Assembly (NCBI GenBank): GCA_012295275.1
Contig: CM022672.1
Coordinates: forward strand, 20,026,001 to 20,090,000
Length of the DNA: 64,000 nt
From: Chrysomallon squamiferum
Lineage: Eukaryota; Animalia; Mollusca
Direction: 5' to 3'
Positions 1-12,500 of this stretch are shown one piece after another. A model generated the notes under the pieces. That model was given only the letters and a program-made list of their open reading frames with translations. It did not search any database and had not been told where the DNA came from. Within the stretch, counting starts at the first letter, position 1, and each line of letters starts with the position of its first letter. Position numbers and translations under genes: made by a program.

Positions 1-413
1 GATGCTGAAGGTTAGAAATGTCTAAATATACTCTGATTTGATTATTTTGCACAGAGCTACTTGTTATAAGTCATAGTATGTACTGTACTGTACATTCAGT
101 TTGTTTCAGTCAGTTGATAAAATATATCAGTGGAAGGCAGCCTACAGTATTTTTTCCAAAGTATTATTTAAAAATGTGCAATTGTTACTACACCACTTAT
201 TCTGGTGTTTCTTCTTCTTTTTTTTTTTTCTTTTTTTTTTTCACGTGACATTGACAGTTAAAGTTTGGCTGTTTGAGGATATAGCAACTGATTTTATAAC
301 AATAGGTTTTATTGGTAATATTATTAAATTATACTCATTTTATTTTAATTTATGTTATGTCACTTCACTTCACTTTTCTTTACTTTACTTTACATTGTAT
401 TTTATATATCCAG

Positions 414-555
414 GTTGTAAGCCATGTAACTGTAATGGACATGGAGATGCCAGCCTTGGAGAGTGTAACAATGTCACTGGTGAGTGTTACTGCATGGACA
501 ACACTGAGGGCTGGCGCTGTGACACATGTCAGGAAGGTTACTATGGCAACCCACG
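414..555 (+). CDS. MEGF8: MEGF8 exon, laminin-type EGF (CKPCNCNGHGDASLGECNNVTGECYCMDNTEGWRCDTCQEGYYGNPR)
   Basis: ccag| acceptor, |gtaag donor, Cys pattern. Confidence 0.93.
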
Positions 556-1955
556 GTAAGAATGGTTTAACCAGTCAAAATAGTTCATATCTGTTTACTT
601 GTGTATTTATAATAACTGTTCTGAATGTATTTGTGTGTATATAGTCAGTGTTAGTAAATTAAAAATTAATTTATTGTACATGTTTTTAATAAGCAAATAA
701 AATATTTATAAAATAATAATTATTTTTTTTTATCTAAAATTGCATATCAGACCTCTTTTATGAAATAAATTTTATATGATGTTGAGATCATGTTAATTTA
801 TTTTGATTACAATGAAAGTTTATTTAAATCTTAAAATTAGATATAAAATTCAAATAATTGTTATGATAAAAAGTTTAATATTTATAAAATGATTTAATAT
901 AATTTATAATTTTTCAGAATTCGTGGCAAGTGTTACTTGCAGTGTGATGGAAGGATGATTGTCCCAGAGATCACTAGAGGAGCTCTCGGCACACACAGAG
1001 GTCGAGGTGTTGAAGGTCGTGCCAGTGCCTATTGCTTATGGATTCTTACTCTAGGCAAATCATTGTCAGAACCACTGAAGACAGACAACATGCCTGTGAT
1101 AACTCTAAGAGTTGAAGGAGACCTGGAAGTGGAATGTAGCAGGGTAAGATTTCAGTACATGCCAGTATGCATGTGTGTTCTGTCAGTATGGAAAGACACA
1201 TTTGCTTGATACAGTGAATAGTTTTACAAATTAAAATTTTCATTATAATGCAACAAAAATAGAGTAATACATACAAAAATATATATGTTAAATATTTAAA
1301 GTTTTTATTTGTATTATTTTTAAAATTTATTTAAAAGAAGTTTTTACTGACATAAACTGAATTCAGTAAAATTTTATTACATATATTAAAATTTGTAATT
1401 GTAAATTTATACTATTCTCTATTATTAATTTCTACATGGGATGATCTCTTATTTTTTTAATAATTAATCAATGGTTTGAATTTGCATATTAAACAAAATC
1501 CTCAAACTTCCACAACAAACATGCAAAAAAGATTTCTAGTTGATGTGTAAACTATTTTCGTTATATCCACAAAAATTGATGAGCTTCAAAACTTGTATTT
1601 TCAGGATTTTATTTACATATATGATGGTGTCCCTACATTTGTGAGTGGCAACACTGAAGATGAGATTCCACTGTTGGGTGCTTTCTGTGGCCACAACCCT
1701 GGTTCAGATCTTGTTGTGCAGGCACGATCAGGAATCATCACTGTTTATTTTGAAGCCACTTTACAAGGTGAGAATCGTTATTGTAGAGAGGAATCCATAT
1801 CACAGGAATGAGTTGTTTAGAGAATACATGTTATAGTGGTTAGTTGATGACAAATTTATAAACAAAATTATGTCTGACATCTTTGAAACATTACAAGATT
1901 TTTAAAGCATTTGTTTATATTTTTTTAAATTTTCTTTTTTATATTTTTTTAAATT

Positions 1956-1987
<32 letters not shown>

Positions 1988-4900
1988 TATGCTGAATGAT
2001 TTACTTCAAAACCGAAAGTAGAATGCTGTTGTATGCAGAGCAGTTTTATATAGACTGATTTTATACATAGTTTTGTGTTTCATTTCATACTGCATTCCCT
2101 GACAAAAATTAAAAAAATAAAATCATTTGCTGGGATAGATCTTTATTTTATTTAATTTTATTTAATTTTATTTATTTATACATATTTTTTAAATTTATTG
2201 TTATATTATTATTATTATTTAATTTTTTTTATTTTTTTTATTGATAGATGATTATGAAATATGCTATGCAATTTTTATTATTTCCTCAAGTTTCAGGAAC
2301 TCGGGGATTCAATGCTAGTTATGAGGTTCGAAGCTGCCCAGATGGTTGTCATGGCAACCAGTATTGCAAAGATGACCAGTGTGTTTGTGACCCTGGTTTT
2401 GGAGGTTATGACTGTGATGTGGAACTTTGTCCTGTTAACTGTTCTTATAGTCTTGGTCAAGGAGAATGCAGTCAGGTAATTTAGTAACAGTGGTTTAAAA
2501 TAAATTTTAAAATATAAATTAATGAAAGGAAAAGAGATAACATTATGTTTCCTATTTTATTAATGTTTATTTAAAATGTATTTTGATGATATTGTCTTAA
2601 CTAAAATCATGATTTTGTGTTTTTATTTAATATTTGTTTTAAAAATTGATTCTGAATTTTCCCAGTGTTTTTACTTTATTTCTGTATTGTTTACATTAAA
2701 TAAATTGCATATTTTAAAATTAATTACCCCCCTCTATTCCAGTCTTATCAGATGTGTAAATGTACTAGACATTTTGGTGGGTTTGCCTGTGACTCTGTAA
2801 TTGACTCCACCCGGCCCCACCTTCAGCTTCTCTCTGACCCGCTACGTCTGCCTGCAGATCAAGATGTCACCCCACTAGGAAGAGTTGGCCATGCTATGAC
2901 TACATGTGGGGATGGACTCATTTATGTTTTTGGAGGATATTCCACACAGAAGAAACTCCTTAATGACATTTGGCAGTTTGATAATTCCACAGCCAAGTGG
3001 ACTCAGTTAAACCCAGCCTCTGAAGAAGAACCAGTAGGAAGGTGAATTGCTTGCTAAATAATAATAATAAATTGCTTGAATGTTGTTGGGGCTTTTGGTT
3101 TTTTTTTTTTAAATGTTAATTATAACCAAATATGTTTTCAAGTGATACATATAATGATAATACAATAATAATCATTAAGAAGTTGATAGCACTTTAATCT
3201 GATTAACACACATCTGATTTAATGTGAACCAGAGCATTAACTGAATTAATCTTTACACAGTTCTATTGGTTTACTGAAAGGATGGAAGTGTTAAATATTT
3301 ATTCACACAGTAGCTACCCCAGTGTAAAACAGAAATGTGTTTTTAAACATGTGTATAAGATATTGTAATGTCTATTTTCTCAAGTCATAAATGTGATGAG
3401 TTCTGTTTTATAAAGGTATCACCATGCCATGGCTTGTATTCCTGCTCTGAAGATGCTCTACATTTTCGGAGGATTTATTTCAACAGAATCACCGCTCAAC
3501 TACCAGCCATGTAGAGAACTGTGGAAATTTAATATTGAGTCTCAAGTGTGGACAAATGAATCAGTGAGTTATTTTTGTACTTAACTAAATGTTCTGTTGA
3601 TAAGATATTAAAATGTTCAATAACTATTAAAGAGTTATCTAAAATTAATAAGTTATTTGGGTTTTAATGATGCCAATGCTTTCTATATATGTATATGTAT
3701 ATGTATATATAAATATGTTTTTTTTTTTTTTTTTCTGGAATAAATTATAGAAAGTCTTTTATTTTTATTATTATTATTCATTTTAAATAATGTTCTGCAG
3801 ATAATTCTTAATGAAAATAAATATATTTGTTTAAATTTAATTTAAATTTTCATTCACTCTACTTTACTTACCTGATTTGTTTGTACTTACTCTCTAACCA
3901 TTTATTATCTCCTTAAAAAAGCAAAAAATCCTTAATTTCTAAATTATCTTATTTATTATATCAGTGCTAAAATGTAACTACCTTATTTTAAAAAAAAAAT
4001 TTCCACTTTTTTTTTACCTTTAGTTTTATCTCTGTGTTACAGGTTCCAATATGGCTGCCAAGGCTGGCTGGTCATACGTTGATACAGATAGATGACACCA
4101 AGCTTGTTGTAATTGGAGGCTTTTCAACTCAGCAGTACTTTTCTTCCAAAGTGTTAGAGTATGATGCTGGCAGTGGAATGATAGCATGGCAAGAGTATGA
4201 CCGTTCATTGCTGTCAGGCAGTATACCATTAGGTGAGGTTGAAAATATATCAGGATCACATAGTCATCTCCGGAATCCATAATTGTTTTTATCACTGATG
4301 TAATATTGACAAAAATTGAAGAAGAATAAAATGATATAAAAAGAAAAGATTGGAGTAAATGTTGCCTGCTGACATACTACTTGATAAATTTGATAATAAT
4401 TCAAAATCATTTAATTAATTAATGATTCAACAAGTTTTCATACAATTCAGAAAGCAGCAGAAAAAGAAAAAAAAAAAAAAACAACAAATATTTATAATGA
4501 AAAAAAAAAACAAAATAGAAAGCAAGAAAAAAGAATATAAAACAACTTTTCTTTTTTTATCTATTAACATTTTAAAAATATGTCTTATTTTTGGAATAAA
4601 ATGATTTGGAATAAAAAACCCTATAGAGAAAATAATTAATTAAATGATTAAAACTAATAAATTTTGATATCAAAATCTGTGTTCTTCAATTATAAGCTAA
4701 TAATGGTTTCAAATTTTGTTATTATTAGTAAATTTTTTTTTTTTTTTATATTCCAGGCATGTATGGACACACAGCAGTGTTTCACAAAGCATCATCCACA
4801 GTCTATGTCTATGGTGGCTATGTTTATAAAGGTGACCAGTGGTCAGTATCACATGATCTGTTTGCATATGACATCACTGCCAGAGAGTGGAATTTACTTG

Positions 4901-6522
4901 CCCCTGAAGTTCTAAGTGAAGTACGTTTATTTTTATTTATAATAAAATAATTTATTTTGATGATGAAAAATAGATAAAGAATTTGCTTTTTATTTATTTA
5001 TTCATGTGTTAAATTATCTAAGGAATAGACAATAATTACCAGAAAACTGACTTTTTGTTCATCCTAATTGTAATAAATATTCTCCTTATTATGCTATGTG
5101 ATGAAACAAATTATCTGTTTGAACTAACAGTAGCAAATTGATCCTAACTTAAAGAGGATTTAATAAAAAATAATCTCAATTTATGTAATCATCACATGAT
5201 GACATCAGTAAAAGTGTTCGATTTTGTTTGTCTTTGTTGGTGTTGGTGTTTTTGTTTGTTTTGTTTTGTTTTTCAAATTAATGATCCTGAACATATTTTT
5301 ATAATTTTGATATCCATGACACTCATGTCTCCTGTAAAAACAAAAATGATGCTTATTATTGTTTGTTAATTTTAGTGGGAAGGCCGTGTGTTCCATGCAG
5401 CTGTCAGTCTAGATGATAAGATGGTCATTATGGGAGGCTGGACAGTGGGCAGTCAGTCATTACCTCACCTGCTAGTATATAGATATAGATGTAACACATG
5501 GCACAAACTCCACCTCAAGTTTGCAGGTAAAATAATATATTAAAATAGTATGGAACTATACTGGTAATTTTCATTGGAATTTTTCATGTGACCTAGACAG
5601 ATATATGAACTTCCAATGGATGCATGCATTTGTCAAATAGCTAATTGATTAACTGTAATGCAGTGTTCTTATTTTTCAACCAAAAAAAATTTGTATTATT
5701 CATATTAGTTCTGTAAATAACAGGTTCACACAAAATTTTTGTTTCAGTATGAATCATATATAATTTGTTTATAATGTTTATAGTTTGTTGGGGAAATAAC
5801 ATACAAGAAATGTATTTGTGTATGGGATGTAATACTCTGCAGAATACTGAATGCTATAAATTTATACAACATTAAATATAATTTTAACAAACTTAATTTT
5901 AATAACAGAAATGCATAATCTTTCTTTATTTTAAATTGTATTTTTAGTAATGTACAAGTGTTATTATTTTTATTTTATATATTTTTAAATGATGTGTTAA
6001 TTTTACATTTATTTTTAACAATATTTGAATTTTATTTATTATTATTATTCTTTTTTTTTTATTCTTTTTTAATTTTTATGTTTTAATTTTTTTAATTATA
6101 ATTTAAAGAATTAATATATAAACACACATCTACAAATTTTATTATTTCAGATTTGAGTATCAAACAACAAGCTGTATCAGTTGTGGGTGTGAAAGCTGTC
6201 AGTTTTGGAGGTACAATATATGCCATGGGGGGTTTCACTGGGACAACAGTAGGCACAATGTCACAGCTGACAGTGCCTAGTGACATCTGCAGTCTGATTG
6301 ACGTCGACAGTGTGTGTGAGGACACATCAGGCTGCTCTCTGTGTGTGCTCACTATTCCTGAAACTGGAAAAAACAAAACACTTTGTTATTCCAGTGATAA
6401 GCAAAGACCAGCAGGGTGAGTGTCCATTTCATATCTTTGACTGTATGTTTCTTATTTTTTGTTTTATTTATTGTTTATTTTTCTTTGTTTATTAATTTTC
6501 TTTAGTTTTATTATTTTTATTA

Positions 6523-6558
<36 letters not shown>

Positions 6559-9500
6559 AATATTTTAAATATTAAAATTTGTTTGTTGTGTTCTGTTCCA
6601 TTCCATTCCATTTTAATTTTATTTAATATATTTTTTAAATTATTTTTATAAACTTCATAAACCACCATAAATGCAAGCAATGTTGACATTTTATGTAGAG
6701 AGATATCCAGTTTAATCTTTTATAATGTGTTGCTGAAATTTAAAACATTTTCTTTATCCATTTGTTTTGCAGCTGTTCTCGCTCCAATAACTCATGCAAT
6801 ATGAACTGGCATTTCAGTCGAAGTTGTTACCGCTATACAACATGCAGTCAGTGTCTAGCTGTCTACCCACAGTTCAAAGCAGCACCCATTGTAAGAAAAC
6901 AGGGCAATAGAAATAGTCCTGATATTAGACAAGCCTTAGTCATAGCTAAAGTTCAATGTTTGGAAAACCTTAAATTTTTACCTATGTTGACAATTAACTT
7001 TTAATTTTAAGTTGTGCTTTTTTACTGGTGTTACTTCAAGATTAATCTAATTATATTTATTTGAATTTATTTATCTGCATAAATCAACAAAGTCAACACC
7101 CTGTTTTAATAAAAATGTAATTTTATCAAATATTTGTGTTTCTGTTATATTATCAGTAGTAAATATTTGCAAATTGATCTGAATTTTTTTAGGCCTGTCA
7201 GTGGTGCACTAACTGTCCGGATGGTAAATGTGTTCCGCGTGGAGTGGACTGCAAGGTGGAGAGTGGGTGTGGACTGAAGCAGAATGTCATCACTAAAGCT
7301 GAGAAGTGTGTCGAGTATCTGTGTTCAGCATCGGACTGTGACATGTGCTCATCTATTGGACAGTGTATCTGGACTCGCAATTTTAAAAGATCTAGTAAGT
7401 CTTGTGTGTATATGGATTTTATTTATTTGTAATTCTTTTTATTACTTTTTTTAATGTTTTTTTTGTTTTGTTTTGTTTTTTAATTCATTTTAAGGTGTTT
7501 TGGTTTTGTTTTTTTAACTCAATTTTTTATATTTTTTATTATTATTATGTTTATCTATTTCATTTTTATTTTATTTATTTACTTTTTTGTTTTTCAACGT
7601 TTCAGATACAAATAATGGTAATAATTGACAAAAATATGAGCAGTATTTTTCTGTAATGGATAATAATGTTTTGTTTAGTAACACACTTGAACAGATTGGT
7701 TAACTTTTATAAACTCTGATTATCAGGTGTCTGAATCTTTTACTCTTCCCAATAAAATATTTTTCTCTGTTATCAAACATTTGGTATTTAAATATGAGGC
7801 CTTAATCACAAAGGAATATTAATCATGTTTAAATATAGGCCTTTGACAGAGGAATATTATTCATTTAACATGTCCTCCTGTAGATCTAAATATCTACATA
7901 TTAGGCTGTGACATGCAATGTCTGTAATGTGTATAATATTTTCAGGTGAAGTAAGAAGGTATTATGACAGAAGCCCCAAGTACAACTGGAACTGTGTGAC
8001 AGTCACATTACTAAGTACTGTGTCATCCATGAAGAAAGTCTTGTTAAACAACTGTACCCAGCGATGTTATACGTTCACTTCATGCACGTCTTGCCTCAAT
8101 TCAGTCGGTGGGGAAGGTGGATCTAGAGAATGTATCTGGAGTGAAACTTTGCAAGAGGTAAATTTTTTTTATTTTTTTTAAATTGACATTTAAGGCTTAT
8201 GTCAGGCTTCACCTATTAAACCATTCAAAATATATATTTTATTCATTGTTTTTTTCTTTCTTAAATTTTAAAATTATTTGTTTGTGTGTGTGTGTGTGTC
8301 TGTAATATTGTTTTTAAATTTATTATTATTATTTTAAAAATTTTTAAATTCAGTTTTAAATTTCAAGTTATTGAAAAATGGATACAAGATATTGGTTGAT
8401 AAAACTAACAGAAAATACCAAATTTAATAAACATGATTTTAAAATTATTTCAGTGCATGCCACCTGCTTATCTCCCTTTACGATGCTCTTTTGGCGAGTG
8501 TGGCTACCTTATTGACCAGCGAGTAATCAACGGACTGGAAGCCTGTCCACGACCATGTTACGTGTACACCAAGTGTTCACAGTGTGTCATGAAGCAGGGA
8601 TGTGGCTGGTGTGCGCTCGGTGGACAGAATGGCAAAGGTGTCTGTATGGCTGGCATTCCATCAGGACCTTCAGCTGGAATGTGTTCAGAGACTAACATCA
8701 CTCTTGGCACTGACCCTATGCCTGGTGAGTGTGTTTTTTTTTATCTGAGGAATAATTTCTTTCTTCTTCTTGTTTTGTTGGGGTTTTTGGTTGCTTGATT
8801 TCTTGTTGGTTATGGAGATTTTTTTAAAACAATTATTGGAAGAATAACTTGTTTATTTTTTTAACTGTTTGAAGAATAATTTCTTTGACTTAAAACTGTA
8901 TCTGGTTGACTGGTTGAAAATGGACATCATCATGTTTCTGTTCGGTGCTATAACATTATCATGACGTGATCATTTTATCAAGTGTGTCTAAATGAATAAA
9001 TATTTAACAATAACTCAACATTTTGTAATAAAAATGACGTCTAGATATCAGTGACATAGGATGCCATAGGAAGGAAATCACAAACAAATAAATCTGTTGT
9101 GAATCACCATCAGGAACACAAAGAAGCCCAATAAGTATACTAGCAAGAACTGAACTAGTTACTCATAAAGTCTAACCATTGAGTAATCAATTTATTCTCT
9201 TATTGAGGCTGATGTTGTAGGAATATTTTTAACTGCAATAATTTGAGCAATTATTTAATTCCTGGTTAGGGTATTAGATGATGTTGGCATAATTAATTTA
9301 ATGTAATTTAACATTTTTGTTCTTTTAGAAGCCTTTTCTGAGTTGGTGTGGGAGAGATTTTCTGGTGCTCCCACCTGGTCATATTCCCAGTGTCCACCTG
9401 AAAATGAGTGTCAAAATGGACATCACACCTGTAACCCTGAGACTCAGAACTGCATCGATACTCCATCTTCTTTTAAATGTGAATGCAAGAATGGCTACAT

Positions 9501-12500
9501 TCAAAAACAGTAAGTGAAACAGAATTATATAATTATGATAATGTTAAGATCATATTAGTCATAGTTATGCTATACTGTATTAATCCTAGCTGTAATTTTA
9601 AAAATAAAATTTTAAAAATAAAATTTTAAAAATTATAAAGTAATAATTATAAAGTAAAAATTAAAAGAAATGAAAATTATATGACTTTAACTTGTTAATA
9701 CCATCAAGTTAATTAATAAAAAATTCTCTTTGTCATTATATTTAAAACATAATTGTAAAATTTAAAATCTATTTTTTAAAATAATAACATGGTTTTAACA
9801 TTTGTATTATTATTATTATTTTTTTTTTTTTCTGTTTTCAGAGGTGACCGCTGTGATCCAGTTTGTCACGAAGGCTGTGTTCATGGACAGTGTATTCACC
9901 CTGATAAATGTCAGTGTCACTTTGGCTGGGTGGGTGACAACTGCAGTGTCGAATGTCAGTGCAATAAACACAGCAACTGTCGCAGTGTCAAGGAATCTGG
10001 AATCTGTTTACAGTGTCACAATAACACCCAGGTAAGGAAAAAAATGAATTAATATTTATTTATCAACATAAAACATTTATTATTAATTGTTATAAGGTAT
10101 TATTTTATGCTTTGGAAGTATTTGTTGCTTTTATTTTATTATAATAACATTGGTATAAAAAATAAATTTGTTTTTATATCTTTTTTGCTTTTGTTTTTCT
10201 ATCATGATATAACTGCCTCATAATAGAGAATGTATAATGGAAAATATTTTAATAATAAATAAAAATAATGTTTATCTAACATATAAATTTGTTTTTCATT
10301 TTTTCTCAGGGCCCTAGATGTCAGGAATGTAAACCGAAGTTTGTAGGAACTCCTCGGAATGGTGGCAGCTGTGTCCCTTGCTCTGTGTTCTGTAACAATC
10401 ACACACACTCTTGTTTTAGAAAAGATGATGATGTTGGACATCCTACATACCGTCATGTAAGTAGTAGCTTTGCTAGGGGAGATAATCTGATACGGAGTGG
10501 TTGACGGAATTATTGTTCATGATATACTTGAAATTGAATTTCTCTTAATGGATAAAGTTATTGAAATTTTTAAAACCTTTTATTTTTTTTTTTTTTTTTT
10601 TAACTTTAAATTTTTAATTCAAATTAAATTTTTTATAAATACACTGTGTTTAATTTTTATTCATGTAAAACAGACATTGTCTTCTTGTTATCCTGTTTTT
10701 ACCTGTAAAGTTCTCTTTACTGTAAGAAAATACCCCCCAAAAAAAAAATAATAATAATAAAAATAAAAAAATAAATAAATAAATACTGTGTGTATGAAAA
10801 AAAACATTAATTTCTCCATCTTATAATAAATACACACAATTGCATTATAATTGAATTCATTGTAATTTTTTCATGCTACAGCGAGGACCCAAGGAATCGG
10901 AGGCGGTGTGTAAAGGATGTCAACACAACACAACTGGTGAGAAGTGTGAGATCTGTCTGGATGGCTACTTCCGTCAACGAGACCAACCACAACACGATGG
11001 CTGCAGACCGTAAGACATATTAATATATAAACACTGGTATTTTTAAATATTTGTGAATTACACACAGAAAATATTTCCAATATGTTTGTCTGAAAATGAA
11101 AGTCGAAGAAACACTCTGAAAAATGTAAAAAAAATGTGTGCATGTGTGTGTGTGCATGTGTGTGTGTGTGTGTGTCTATATTGGATATATACAGTAGAAA
11201 CTTATTTAGCAGTATCTCTCACATTTTTAGTTCCTACACATTTATTTTAAACATAAAAGTGATGTAATAATCTTCTACAGAAACAGGTGAATCTCAATTT
11301 GTTTAATTAAAAATAGTTTAGGAAAATGTTACTGTTCGTTAAATTTGTGCTGAGGTGATGTTAAACTGTCTCTGTCATTCATTGTTCAGTCATTCTGTTC
11401 ATTAAATTATTTGACATGTGTGTGTTTACAGGTGCATGTGCAATGGTCACAGCTACACCTGTGATAAAGAATCAGGAGAAAACTGTAAGTGCAGTAACAA
11501 CACTGAAAGTAAATGTGACTCTAAAGACAGCAAGAAACAGTGCTGGGAAGTACAGGTTTGTATCAAATACACAACAGTAGACTATGGTGATTTTACTAGC
11601 CTGGTTGTTTATAAATTGTAACTACAACCATTCTCAGAATCTCTGAAGTATTACAGTAAAAGTGTGTTTTCTTTTTCTTCTTCTTCTTCTTCTTTTTTTT
11701 TTTTTTTTTTAAGAATATTGATTTAGTGGTATATTTATTTCAGAATAAATCAATTTGTATAGTTAACCAGATCAAATTTGATAACTATTTTATTTAATCA
11801 TATTTTTTTTTTTTCTACTTTTATTTTGTTTTTGATGAACTGTTTATTACAGTACTGCATATTTCTGTTTTAGTTTTAATTTACAGAAATTGAACAGTCC
11901 AACAAAATTAATATTCCTGTACAGATTACATTACACTTATTTCAATTTCCACAGCACATCTGGATAGTTAAAAAAGTAAAAATATGTATATATTTAAACC
12001 AGTATAGTGAGGGAATAATTTGTCATGACTGATGAACTGTGTTATGAAATATCCACATCTGAAACCACAAGGTTTAGTTGTAAATGATAATTTATCTTCA
12101 CTTTACAATTTAGTCACCAAAATGAATGTCTTAAAAGTCTTCAGTTTATACATTTTTTTATAATAATTTACAAGTTTTAATTTCATCTTCTGGTTTTTTT
12201 TTTCGTTTTTTTTTTAATGCAAATAATTCAGTACACTAAATTAAACATTTCTGCAAACATATAAACAGGATTATACTAGTTTTAAGACAGCTGAGTTACC
12301 TAAAAATAATTTATCAATACCAATTCAATCACTGATTTAAATCTCTCTCAATTATTAGATGTTTTCAAATTACAAATTTCTTAATTTAATTTTTTTCTGT
12401 AGATAATTTTGAATTATTAGATGTTTCCAAGTTATAAATTTCTTAATTTTTTTTTTTCCATGATAAAAATTTGATTTATTAGATATGTCAATGTTATAAA

